A stretch of 58,672 bases of DNA, the filler included, from an uncultured bacterium (GTDB lineage Bacteria > Hinthialibacterota > Hinthialibacteria > Hinthialibacterales > Hinthialibacteraceae): the NCBI GenBank assembly GCA_964449065.1. It is 4 parts of 4 records of this genome, joined end to end, with 100 filler letters (N's around TTAATTAATTAA, not from the genome) between each part and the next. Parts side by side here need not be neighbours in the genome. Positions count along the whole stretch, not along the records: positions 14,846 to 29,569 come from CAYVAZ010000112.1; 3 more parts are not named here. The stretch is one strand, 5' to 3'. Within the stretch, counting starts at the first letter, position 1. The number at the start of each line of letters is the position of its first letter. Shown here piece after piece: positions 20,256-29,324 of the stretch. A program made the position numbers and the translations under genes. The notes beneath the pieces are model-generated. The model ran no database searches. It was not told the origin of the DNA and worked only from the letters and a program-made list of their open reading frames with translations.

Positions 20256-20280
20256 AAACCCGGCGATAAACCGGGTTTTT
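20256..20280 (+). terminator. Intrinsic terminator
   Basis: AAACCCGG-cgataaa-CCGGGTTTTT. Confidence 0.7.
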
Positions 20281-20310
20281 ATGTGTACGTGTGATTTATA
20301 CCGAGCCACG

Positions 20311-20368
20311 TATAGAGCAGTTTCCAAACGTATATGCGTATTGGGGAGCATCGGCTTCCAGCCGGTAC
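20311..20368. repeat. MITE-end/REP repeat, family C
   Basis: TAGAGCAGTTTCCAAACGTAT...GGGGAGCATCGGCTTCCAGCCGGTAC matches 22177-22231 in inverted orientation; the core also occurs near 34660 and 58620. Confidence 0.65.
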
Positions 20369-20462
20369 ATGATAAAGCGCTTTGTAATCAGAACGTATTT
20401 TGTAGTTCATTATAACCCCTGTTTTTGGCATCACACCGGTTATGTTATTTTTGACCATTCTC

Positions 20463-20471
20463 TGCTATAAT
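20463..20471 (+). promoter_or_regulatory. Extended -10 promoter element upstream of rpn
   Basis: TGcTATAAT 35 bp before the ATG. Confidence 0.45.
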
Positions 20472-20506
20472 GAAGTAAAAACAGGATGGAGGCAAATAAA
20501 GTCTAA

Positions 20507-21547
20507 ATGGAATCCAAACCGGTCATAGCCAATTTTGACGAGCTATGGAAAGAGGGAACAGATGTCTATTTTCAACAGATGATCCAGTTGTTGTTCCCCG
20601 CCGTGTATACCATCATTGACTGGAGCAAAAAGTTCGAATCGCATGAACAAGAACTGCGCGAAATTTTTGCCGGCGGAACCACCGGAAAATGTGTTGTGGA
20701 TAAACTCTTCAAAGTATACCGCAAAGATGGTGTAGAGGCTTGGCTGTATCTCCATTTGGAAATCCAGGCGCAATATGATAAAGATATGCCGCAGCGGATG
20801 TACATTTACCACTGCCGCTTGGTATCCAAACAAAAGATGCCGCTTATCGGGTTAATGGTATTGGGCGACGATAACCCCAATTGGCGTCCGGACCGGTTTG
20901 AGCAAAAAATCGGGAAAAGCGAAATTGTTTTGAAGTTTGATGCCGTAAAGTTGTTGGATTTCAAAGACCGTATAGAAGAAATACGCTCAAGCGGCAATCC
21001 CTTCGCGTATTTCGTGATAGCGCATCTGCGGGTATTGGAAACCAAGAAAGATCCGCAAAAGCGGTTTAGCTATAAAGAAGAGTTAACCAAAGCGTTATTG
21101 GAAGAAGGGGTATCAGAGAAAGACGCCACGACAATGTTTCGGTTTATCGATGCGCTGATGAAGTTGCCGCCGGAATTAGAAGAAGAATATCTAAAAAAAA
21201 TACATGCCTATCAGGAGGAAAAGAAAATGCCATTCATCGCCCCCTTTGAAGAAATCGCCATGGAAAAAGGCAAACAAGCCGGTTTGCAAGAAGGCCGTCA
21301 AGTTGGTTTGCAAGAAGGAAAACAAGTTGGTTTACAAGAAGGCCGCCAAGCAGGCTTGCAAGAAGGCAATTTGGTAGAGGCAAAAGCATCATTGTTAGAC
21401 ATTTTGGAAGTCCTCTTTGATGAAATTCCTGCTTCGCTAACAGATAGAATTAAAAGCATGGATGATGTTGAGGTAGTAAGAAAATTGCGAAGACAAGCCT
21501 TACAAACAAAATCGCTGCAAGAGTTTGAAACACTGTTGGACAACTAA
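20507..21547 (+). CDS. Rpn/YhgA-like PD-(D/E)xK nuclease (recombination-promoting nuclease / putative transposase)
   Basis: FDELWKE, IDW, VDKL, LHLEIQ, RMYIY, NPFA; C-terminal G(K/R)QxGLQE repeats (four 24-bp units, 21269-21364). Confidence 0.82.
   Translation: MESKPVIANFDELWKEGTDVYFQQMIQLLFPAVYTIIDWSKKFESHEQELREIFAGGTTGKCVVDKLFKVYRKDGVEAWLYLHLEIQAQYDKDMPQRMYIYHCRLVSKQKMPLIGLMVLGDDNPNWRPDRFEQKIGKSEIVLKFDAVKLLDFKDRIEEIRSSGNPFAYFVIAHLRVLETKKDPQKRFSYKEELTKALLEEGVSEKDATTMFRFIDALMKLPPELEEEYLKKIHAYQEEKKMPFIAPFEEIAMEKGKQAGLQEGRQVGLQEGKQVGLQEGRQAGLQEGNLVEAKASLLDILEVLFDEIPASLTDRIKSMDDVEVVRKLRRQALQTKSLQEFETLLDN
21227..21547 (+). CDS. Predicted nested in-frame small protein (RpnS-like, 106 aa)
   Basis: Strong internal RBS AGGAGG at 21213-21218, 8 nt before in-frame ATG (MPFIAPFEE). 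Confidence 0.6.
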   Translation: MPFIAPFEEIAMEKGKQAGLQEGRQVGLQEGKQVGLQEGRQAGLQEGNLVEAKASLLDILEVLFDEIPASLTDRIKSMDDVEVVRKLRRQALQTKSLQEFETLLDN

Positions 21548-21621
21548 TGGGACACAAGGCTTTTTCTGAAACAATATAAAAAAAGCCGCATTGCAAGTCT
21601 ACCGCTTAAGAGGAAAAGAAA

Positions 21622-21870
21622 ATGCCATTCATCGCCCCCTTTGAAGAAATCGCCATGGAAAAAGGCAAACAAGTTGGTTTGCAAGAAGGAAATTTGGTAG
21701 AGGCAAAAGCATCATTGCTAGACATTTTGGAAGTCCTCTTTGGTGAAATTCCTGCTCCGCTAACAGATAGAATTAAAAGCATGGATGATGTTGAGGTAGT
21801 GAGAAAACTGCGAAGACAAGCCTTACAAACAAAATCGCTGCAAGAATTTGAAACACTATTGGACAACTAG
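21622..21870 (+). CDS. Stand-alone duplicate of the Rpn C-terminal unit (82 aa)
   Basis: Near-identical to 21227-21547 including GAGGAAAAGAAAATG; lacks three 8-aa repeats and has two substitutions. Confidence 0.8.
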   Translation: MPFIAPFEEIAMEKGKQVGLQEGNLVEAKASLLDILEVLFGEIPAPLTDRIKSMDDVEVVRKLRRQALQTKSLQEFETLLDN

Positions 21871-22231
21871 AGCAATTCAGGTTTGAGTAGATAGAAAGAA
21901 ATCGTTTTTGATCCCCCTACCCCCTTAATAAGGCTGAGGTTGCCCCACAACTATTATCAATGTGTTGCCCTGTGTTATGTCAGAGTGCCCATTAGGGGCT
22001 TTTTCATTATCTTTTTTTCGTTATCTATAGCGGTGTTCCCAACAATACGTTCGGATTTGTATGAAGCGTACTTCCGGCTCGGCAGGAGCCTCGCCCTCCT
22101 AAAAAACCGCTCTCCTAAAAAACATTGTTTGGATAACTTCTTTCAAGTGTATTCAAATTGAGTTGTTCGGATTGACGTACCGGCTGGAAGCCGATGCTCC
22201 CCAATACAAACATACGTTTGGAAACTGCTCT
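21868..22231. repeat. Cluster of MITE/REP fragments
   Basis: 21880-21932 matches 44100-44156 inverted; contains the REP at 22076-22099 and the family C end at 22177-22231. Confidence 0.6.
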
Positions 22232-22328
22232 AAAATTTTTGATTCAAACCGAAAAACAAGCAGGTATCTAGAAATTACGCGGCAAATTAAAATGGACAGG
22301 CAATCTCGATGAAATGCGGTTGGATTGA
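22227..22328 (+). pseudogene. vapB: VapB-type antitoxin remnant
   Basis: ALKFLIQTEKQAGI*KLRGKLKWTGNLDEMRLD*; 5' part replaced by a repeat element; TGATG overlap with vapC. Confidence 0.6.
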
Positions 22329-22705
22329 TGATTGTCGTCGATACATCCGTTTGGATCAACTATTTCAATGGAGTGCATACTCCAGAAACGGATTGGCTGC
22401 ATGATGCCGTTGGCGAACTCTCCATCATCATGGGTGATCTCATCCTGATGGAAGTATTGCAAGGCTTTTGGCATGAGAAAGACTTTAAAACCGCGAAAAA
22501 GTATCTACATGAATTCTCTTTCATGACAATTGGCGGGGAAGAAATCGTAATTCAGAGTGCGTGAAATTACCGGTATTTATGACAAAAAGGAATCCCGGTA
22601 CGGAAATCCATAGACGCACTGATTGGAACCTTTTGCATCCAAATCAAATGTAGGCTGTTACATTGCGATAACGATTTTATCCCGTTGAAAAACATCTTGA
22701 ATTAA
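22328..22705 (+). pseudogene. vapC: VapC PIN-domain toxin pseudogene
   Basis: MIVVDTSVWINYF...EVLQG...SA*NYRYL*QKGIPVRKSIDALIGTFCI...LLHCDNDF; in-frame TGA at 22562 and 22580. Confidence 0.8.
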
Positions 22706-22778
22706 TCACTGTAAGAACCAAATAGAATAGGCTTCGTCCAAATAAATCCCATTAGCAACCAATAGCAAACTGTGTTAT

Positions 22779-22808
22779 AAAAAGGGCTGCACCAAAGCAC
22801 AGCCCTTT
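22779..22808 (-). terminator. Intrinsic terminator downstream of tpx
   Basis: AAAGGGCTG...CAGCCCTTT stem with T-run on the minus strand. Confidence 0.6.
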
Positions 22809-22857
22809 GCATTTTTATTCGCGTGTATTCGCGTTCATTCGCGGTTACGCATAACCC

Positions 22858-23367
22858 CTACGCTCCCGCAGCCTTGGCCGCTTCCAGCGCTTTATCATAA
22901 TCCGGATGATCCGTCACTTCGCTGACGATTTCTTGATAAGCGATCTTACCGTCTTTATCGACAACAAAAACTGCTCGGGTAATCAAAGCCAACTCTTTAA
23001 TCAAAAGCCCGTATTTTTCGGCCATCTCGCGTTCTTTGTAATCCGAAACAGTCAATACATTCTCAATTCCGTTTGCCCCGCAAAAGCGTTTTTGCGCGAA
23101 GGGCAAATCCACGCTGATGGTTAACACCTTTGCGTTCAAGCCACCCGCCTGTTCATTAAACTTTTTGGTTTGTTCTTCGCACACGCCGGTATCGAGAGAC
23201 GGTACGGTCGAAAGAATCACCACCTGGCCTTTGAAATCCGATAACTTCACCGGATTCAATCCGTTATCCACGCAGGTAAAATCCGGCGCTTCATCCCCCA
23301 CATTGACCGGGTTTCCAACCAGGGTCATGCCATTGCCTTTAAACGTAATCACATCTGAGCGTTCCAT
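22858..23367 (-). CDS. tpx: Thiol peroxidase (atypical 2-Cys peroxiredoxin)
   Basis: PSLDTGVC, DLPFAQKRFC, RAVFVVD. Confidence 0.95.
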   Translation of the reverse strand: MERSDVITFKGNGMTLVGNPVNVGDEAPDFTCVDNGLNPVKLSDFKGQVVILSTVPSLDTGVCEEQTKKFNEQAGGLNAKVLTISVDLPFAQKRFCGANGIENVLTVSDYKEREMAEKYGLLIKELALITRAVFVVDKDGKIAYQEIVSEVTDHPDYDKALEAAKAAGA

Positions 23368-23514
23368 TTCGTTCTCCTTTAATTTGTTCCGTTAATCTGT
23401 TAAACGATTTTGCATTGCGAGCCATCTTCTTTCCGAACACAGCACTTGTCAAGCAGATGTGAGAATGTAAAACAGAATACATCATTTTTTAACGGAACAG
23501 ACACGGTCAGCACG

Positions 23515-24138
23515 ATGAAAAGCCAAAAATCAACAAATCAAAAGTCAACAAGCCAAACATCTACGAGTAAAACATCTACGCGCCAAACCCAACAGTGCAA
23601 CATGCGTTTCCCCCATGACCGCCCGCTGGAAGAAGACGCCGGGTATTGGAAGATCGCGTACCTCAAGCCGCGTAACGAAAAAGCCCTGGCGCGCGAGTGT
23701 GAAAACTGGGGCATCGGCTATTATCTACCGCTCTACCTCAAACGGGTGCGCCGCCGCGACAACAACAAACCCCGCAAGAGCATTTTACCGCTCTTCACCG
23801 GTTATTTTCCCTTCGTCGACCGCGATGACGCCAAACGCAAAATCGTGGAAAGCGGGCGTATCGTCAATTTCGTCGACGTGTTGGATCAAGACCTATTTGT
23901 CCAAGACCTCAATCAAATCTGGCAGGCGGTGCAAAGCGGGCAGGAATTGGAACCGGTGCAGCCCATCGAAGTCGGGCAGCGCGTGCGCATCAAAGAGGGC
24001 CCGCTGCAAGGGGTTAAAGGCATCGTGGATCAAGCCAAAAACGCCAAGCACATCACCCTGCGCGTGGAGATGTTCAACCTCTATGTCAAAGTCAACGCTG
24101 GCGAAACCGAGTTTGAGATATTGGGGAGTGAGGATTAG
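23515..24138 (+). CDS. NusG paralog (RfaH/UpxY-like antiterminator)
   Basis: W.IAYLKPRNEK, PLFTGY NGN domain; KOW motif GQRVRIKEGPLQGVKG. Start uncertain. Confidence 0.8.
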   Translation: MKSQKSTNQKSTSQTSTSKTSTRQTQQCNMRFPHDRPLEEDAGYWKIAYLKPRNEKALARECENWGIGYYLPLYLKRVRRRDNNKPRKSILPLFTGYFPFVDRDDAKRKIVESGRIVNFVDVLDQDLFVQDLNQIWQAVQSGQELEPVQPIEVGQRVRIKEGPLQGVKGIVDQAKNAKHITLRVEMFNLYVKVNAGETEFEILGSED

Positions 24139-24237
24139 AGGTTAGAGGTTAGGTGCTAGATATCCTCAGAACCCTATATCCGCGAATAGACTCTAATGAT
24201 CATGCACTTTATGCACTTTATGCACTTTATGTTCTTT
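24130..24237. repeat. Short tandem repeats (heptamer GAGGTTA and 9-mer ATGCACTTT x4)
   Basis: Visible at 24130-24152 and 24202-24237; other 9-mer ATTCGCG runs at about 22817-22845 and 26770-26787. Confidence 0.7.
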
Positions 24238-24254
24238 GAATCTCCGCGGTGAAA

Positions 24255-25271
24255 TTATCCATTGCCATTATTCTGGAAATTCCGATTCAGACAATGAACA
24301 TACTGAAACCACCTCACCACCTGATTCGACAACCAATAGGTCTTCTCAGTTCTATCATAAAATCCCAGATGCCCGCCATGCGGTTGATAAAAATAGTGGA
24401 GATGATCATTCTCCACCGTCTCGCGGGTGGGCAGATGCTCTACCGCTGTAAACGGATCATCCAACGCGTGAATGAGTAGAGTTGGAACTCGAATCAATGG
24501 CAAATACGGATACGAACTCGATTGTGTATAGTAATCCACATAATCTTTAAAGCCATGCACCGGCCCGGTGTAGGAATCATCAAAGGTTTGGAATGAGAAC
24601 GACCGACTTGCCCGCTTTGCGTCAAAGGTGTTAGGAAACGCGGACGCTTTTTGGCGAATCTTTTTCCGCAGCGAACGCAAAAAATACTCGACATACACCC
24701 GGCAAAACCCACTGTCCATAATCTTCTGTGATTCATGCAGCTGATACGGTGCCGAACACGAACACGCCGCCGCAATATTCTTAGGTACTTCCCCGCCCTG
24801 CTCTCCCAGCCACTTGCACATCACATTGGCTCCCAAGCTGAAGCCAGCCAAGAAAATTTTCACGTTCGGGTTGCGTTGAATCACCGTACGGATGACCAAA
24901 TCCAAATCGCCCGTCTCGCCGGAATGATAGGCGCGCGGCAAGCGGTTGGGCTCACCGCTGCAGCCGCGAAAATTCATGCTGATACCATTCCACCCTGCTT
25001 CATGCACCTTGCGCATTAGGCGAACCATATACTTCGCGCGGCTGCATCCTTCCAGGCCGTGGCACGCAATGACCAGCGGGGCTTCTTCTTTACCATCAAT
25101 CCAATCGAGGTCTAAAAAGTCCCCGTCAGGAGTATCAATACGTTCCCGGCGAAAAGGGGGCTTTGGTACATCGCCGAAATAGACATTATAAATAGTCTGC
25201 GCATGATTGTTCCGCAGCCATGCTGGAGGATAAATGGGCTGAATGTTGGCCTGCTCAACGAGATCTTTCAT
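24255..25271 (-). CDS. YheT-like alpha/beta hydrolase
   Basis: HGLEG, NFRGCSGEPN, GFSLG nucleophile, ALDDPF, GGHLGF. Confidence 0.88.
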   Translation of the reverse strand: MKDLVEQANIQPIYPPAWLRNNHAQTIYNVYFGDVPKPPFRRERIDTPDGDFLDLDWIDGKEEAPLVIACHGLEGCSRAKYMVRLMRKVHEAGWNGISMNFRGCSGEPNRLPRAYHSGETGDLDLVIRTVIQRNPNVKIFLAGFSLGANVMCKWLGEQGGEVPKNIAAACSCSAPYQLHESQKIMDSGFCRVYVEYFLRSLRKKIRQKASAFPNTFDAKRASRSFSFQTFDDSYTGPVHGFKDYVDYYTQSSSYPYLPLIRVPTLLIHALDDPFTAVEHLPTRETVENDHLHYFYQPHGGHLGFYDRTEKTYWLSNQVVRWFQYVHCLNRNFQNNGNG

Positions 25272-25368
25272 AAAATTTATATGGATTTTTAATGAACATT
25301 TTTTGTGAGTATTGCGATATTCAAGTATAGTCTTACCATTCTATAAATCCATGTGGAAAGGGAAATCC

Positions 25369-26004
25369 ATGAAAGCGTTTCATCGAAGGTATCATTTTGT
25401 ATACAATCTAATTGCAGTATCGCTAGTATTTGCATTGGGGTGTTCTAACCCGGCGAATGATGTGACCAAAGCCAATGTATCCGACACCACCGGCGAGGAC
25501 ACCATCGCGATGGAAGGCGATAAATACCTCATCGCCGATTCCTCCACCATCGAATTTGTCGGCTCCAAAGTCACCGGAAGCCATGACGGCGGATTTAACG
25601 AGTTCACCGGCGAGTTTTACATGCAGGGCGATGATTTCACCACCGCGCAAGGCAAAGTCGAGATCGATATGAAATCCATCTGGTCGGATAACGAGAGACT
25701 GACCGGACACCTGAAAAACGAAGACTTTTTTGAAGTCGAAACCTACCCCACCTCAACCTTTGTGTGCAAAACCGTGAAAAAAGAAGGGGATCAATACACC
25801 ATCAGCGGAACACTGACTATGCACGGTATCACCAAAGCGATTGAGTTTCCGGCGGAAATATCCAAATCCGGCGATGAGATTACTCTCAATGCCGAATTCA
25901 CTATCCAGCGCTTTGATTGGGATATAAAATACAAGGGGCGCGCGGACGATTTAATCTATAATGACGTAATTCTCAAACTCAATTTGAAAGCGAACAAAGC
26001 GTGA
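25369..26004 (+). CDS. YceI family lipid/polyisoprenoid-binding lipoprotein
   Basis: Lipobox ALGC; LTGHLKNEDFFEVETYP, GTLTMHGITK. Confidence 0.88.
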   Translation: MKAFHRRYHFVYNLIAVSLVFALGCSNPANDVTKANVSDTTGEDTIAMEGDKYLIADSSTIEFVGSKVTGSHDGGFNEFTGEFYMQGDDFTTAQGKVEIDMKSIWSDNERLTGHLKNEDFFEVETYPTSTFVCKTVKKEGDQYTISGTLTMHGITKAIEFPAEISKSGDEITLNAEFTIQRFDWDIKYKGRADDLIYNDVILKLNLKANKA

Positions 26005-26768
26005 AAGCGGTTATTTTAGCAGCGGGCAAAGGCAGCCGCCTGGGCAGCCTCACGGCAGACATCCCCAAACCGATGCTGCCGCTGCACAACAATATCCCGA
26101 TGCTCCAAATGATCCTCCGCGGTATACGAGACGCGGGGATCAGCGAGTTCATCATCATCACCGGATACTTGGCGTATACCATCCGCGAATACTTCGGAGA
26201 CGGTTCGCGCTTCAACATCACACCGCAATACATCGTTCAGGGCACATTAAACGGGACGGGCGGGGCTGTCAGCCTTGCCCGTTCGTTTGTTGAGGATTCC
26301 CCCTTCCTGATGAGTTTCGGCGATATCCTCATCTCGCCGCACAACTACCAACGGTTGGTGGATGATTACCGCAACGATCCATCCACCATCATCATGGTAA
26401 ATCCTGTGGATGACCCCTACAAAGGCTCGGCGGTATATTTTGATGAGGAGACAGGTAAGATCAGCCGGATGATCGAGAAACCGCCGAAAGGCACATCCAC
26501 CTCTAAGTGGAACCAGGCTGGCATCAGCCTATTTGAACCGGATGTGTTTGATTATCTCGACCGCATTGACCTTTCCCCCCGTGGAGAATACGAAATCGTG
26601 GATGCCATCCAGCTGATGATCAGCGAACACCGCCCTGTCCGCGCCCTGCCGCTCGAAGGCTTCTGGAGCGACATCGGCACCCCGGATGATGTGGAGTTTG
26701 TCCGGCGGCAGTTTCGGGATAATCCTGATTTTTTGAATCAATTTGAACGTTCAATCGTTTGCAAGTAA
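26001..26768 (+). CDS. Sugar-phosphate nucleotidyltransferase
   Basis: LAAGKGSRL...PKPM, IEKP, RGEYEI, WSDIGT. Confidence 0.88.
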   Translation: MKAVILAAGKGSRLGSLTADIPKPMLPLHNNIPMLQMILRGIRDAGISEFIIITGYLAYTIREYFGDGSRFNITPQYIVQGTLNGTGGAVSLARSFVEDSPFLMSFGDILISPHNYQRLVDDYRNDPSTIIMVNPVDDPYKGSAVYFDEETGKISRMIEKPPKGTSTSKWNQAGISLFEPDVFDYLDRIDLSPRGEYEIVDAIQLMISEHRPVRALPLEGFWSDIGTPDDVEFVRRQFRDNPDFLNQFERSIVCK

Positions 26769-27149
26769 CTCGCGTCCATTCGCGGTTCCATTTTTTCCAT
26801 TCAACTATCTTTACTCTCTGACTCCCGGTGGTTAACGTTACTTATTCCAAGATGCAGCGAAAATGGTATTTATAAATATCCATACGATTGTAGGGTTATA
26901 ATTGTCGCTTGACAGTAGGGGCTGCTCTCCCCGCGGCTGCACTGCTGTGGGGTATTACTCCTACAAAATAAATCTCCTGCAATTTTTGGTAAAGCCTTCT
27001 ACTATATAAGAACACCGATGGCCCGATTTTGTGACAAACTTTTTTCATTTTTTTTTTCAATAATTTGATGGCGCGGAAAACGCGCTTGCGTCCGGTATCT
27101 TTGGTAGGCTTCAGTTATTTCGTAGAGGATGGGAAAAGTGTTATATAGT

Positions 27150-27159
27150 NNNNNNNNNN
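27150..27159. other. Small scaffold gap (10 N) flanked by GTAG-type REP palindromes
   Basis: N run; GATGGGCAC...GTGCCCATCCTACG just to the right. Confidence 0.9.
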
Positions 27160-27285
27160 ATCATGAATGATGGGCACAAAACGGCCGTGCCCATCCTACG
27201 AGACTGCCTTTTAACAGTTTCCCATCCGGTGTTCAACCTATACTTAACTCTTTGCAGTTATTGTTTCGGTACTCAACAGCCAATT

Positions 27286-28383
27286 TTATTTATTAGAAAG
27301 TATGGAAGATAATTGATCCCATACCGGTCTATTACTTAGCAAGTCGTCTAATGGTCCAAGTTGATTATAATTAACAATTTTCCACTCACCATTTCTCAAT
27401 ATTAGAATATAATAGGTTGGTGAAGAGAAATCTTTTTTTGATTGTGTACAAAACATATAGCAAATATCATTATTTATTGTACATAACTGTATGTGTTTCT
27501 TTGGAAATAAAGAATCTCTAAATGACAATCTTGGATTCTTCGTATTCTTGTATATTTCATAATTATCCTTTAGCATTTGTTGGCTGTTGTTGCTATAGTG
27601 AGATAGTAATGAGTTTATACTTTGGTCAATCTTTATACTAAAGAGTGCTCTCATTTTTTTAGCAAGATTGCGAATTGTATCTTCCTGTATATCCTGAATC
27701 GGTTGATTTAACGGATCAAAATTGATTGTACGATCTTCAATATGGAGATAGGCTACGTTTTGGTCAGGTATTTCTTCATGAAATGGCAATTTTAATTTTA
27801 ATTTAAAATGGTCTTCCGCCCGATTTAATTCATCAAGTAATTCCGAATGGGAATAGATATACTGGTTGGATAAAAGTTGAGGTAAAGGTTGAAACGTGGA
27901 ATGAAAATCAACAGTATATTTATCGCCAATTGATTTTAGGATAACGGGAATCACCCTTCTGTTATTGTTTTCAAATGTCTCAATCATATACAATTGAGAG
28001 TTACCTATATCAAACCGTCTAAGTAGACGATTATTTTGATTTATATTTTTCCCAATTTCATCAAATAGAAATGTCTTAAAATTCAGTGAATTTTCATCTG
28101 TTAGACTTTGATATTTTTCTGAGTTTTTATCCCGAATGGATGTCCATAACTCGGCAACATGTTTTTCAGGAGAATTATCTAATGATAAGAAGTCAAAAAC
28201 GTAACCATCGTATTTATACGTTTTGATATACAAATAAAAAGGAGATGGCTTCACCTCACCATCATAGGGAGAGTAAATGTTGAAGTGCTGATAAGTAGAA
28301 GAAAAATGTGAATTGGCTTCAGTCGGTAGACTATGAAGAATCAAGCCAATTGAAATTAGTATAAATTTAATCGTTTTATCCAT
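27286..28383 (-). CDS. Hypothetical exported protein, AT-rich
   Basis: 365-aa ORF, AAGGA RBS, signal-peptide-like N-terminus. Confidence 0.7.
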   Translation of the reverse strand: MDKTIKFILISIGLILHSLPTEANSHFSSTYQHFNIYSPYDGEVKPSPFYLYIKTYKYDGYVFDFLSLDNSPEKHVAELWTSIRDKNSEKYQSLTDENSLNFKTFLFDEIGKNINQNNRLLRRFDIGNSQLYMIETFENNNRRVIPVILKSIGDKYTVDFHSTFQPLPQLLSNQYIYSHSELLDELNRAEDHFKLKLKLPFHEEIPDQNVAYLHIEDRTINFDPLNQPIQDIQEDTIRNLAKKMRALFSIKIDQSINSLLSHYSNNSQQMLKDNYEIYKNTKNPRLSFRDSLFPKKHIQLCTINNDICYMFCTQSKKDFSSPTYYILILRNGEWKIVNYNQLGPLDDLLSNRPVWDQLSSILSNK

Positions 28384-28418
28384 TATCGTTTCCTTTCATA
28401 AAAAGTATTTTTGAGTTT

Positions 28419-29312
28419 TTAAAGAGAATATCCTGCTATTGTTGTCCAAGTATAGGTGTAATCTAAACTACAACTACCAACACCAACGTTTATTTTACTT
28501 TTTATCGGTATATCACCAACACTACCCGATAAATTGCCACCGCTACATGAGTATAAAATCGAACCACTTGCGCCAAAATCAGCAGACACAGGATTTAAAG
28601 TGATGCAAGTGCAATTTTCAGAGGTAGTTACTTTTTGACATAATTGAGCGGAAAATGTTAAACTAAGCGTTGTCGTAAATTCAAATGTAAGATCACCATC
28701 TAAGCATGTACCTGAACAATCTGAAACGATAATTGTTCCCGACCCACTTACAGAAAAACTGCCGTTTAAAACGACACCCACTTGCGCCTTAATTCTATAA
28801 GTTACACCAAAAACGCTTATATTTCTATCAAACACTCGACCCAATAAGGAAACATCATTGGCAAGCAAGGTAACATTTACACCTCCACTTTGTGAAGTTC
28901 TATCTCCAGCAGTACCATTTGAAAAGCAACATTGACCTGCTTTAGTAGTTTGGCTGAATTCGGCACTATCAATAGCAACTCCAAGAGTGCTTGCTAATGT
29001 GTTAATAGGGTCTTTTAAACTGTCAGGTAATGGGATTGTACCAGAGCCTGTTACTGTCCAAGTCTCTACACATGGAGTAGGTGTTGGAGTTGGCGTATTC
29101 GTTGGTGTCGGCGTTGGATTCCCTAAGTCCGCAATCAAAACAGGCGTGGGTGTGGGTGGATAGTTTACCTCAATTGAGTCAGGGCGATTATCTTCACCAT
29201 CGCTGTTACCGTATCCGGTAGTAATTATTGCGTGATTCCAGATAACGAAAATGAGCAATGCTTGTATTAACACGTTGGCAAATAGTTGATGCACTGATTT
29301 TTTAGTATACAT
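28419..29312 (-). CDS. Hypothetical exported Cys- and beta-rich protein with Pro-Thr linker
   Basis: GGAGGG RBS, signal peptide, PTPTPT linker, 10 Cys in the mature domain. Confidence 0.72.
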   Translation of the reverse strand: MYTKKSVHQLFANVLIQALLIFVIWNHAIITTGYGNSDGEDNRPDSIEVNYPPTPTPVLIADLGNPTPTPTNTPTPTPTPCVETWTVTGSGTIPLPDSLKDPINTLASTLGVAIDSAEFSQTTKAGQCCFSNGTAGDRTSQSGGVNVTLLANDVSLLGRVFDRNISVFGVTYRIKAQVGVVLNGSFSVSGSGTIIVSDCSGTCLDGDLTFEFTTTLSLTFSAQLCQKVTTSENCTCITLNPVSADFGASGSILYSCSGGNLSGSVGDIPIKSKINVGVGSCSLDYTYTWTTIAGYSL

Positions 29313-29324
29313 TGTTTCCCTCCA

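Noticed and set aside
20507..21547. Rpn gene as an active IS transposase
   Set aside because: No terminal inverted repeats or target duplication bracket it and there is no DDE motif; the family is better supported as a nuclease.
22328..22705. TGA recoding or alternative genetic code in vapC
   Set aside because: TGA ends many intact genes here; both stops fit CGA>TGA changes, and vapB and the vapC 3' end are also damaged.
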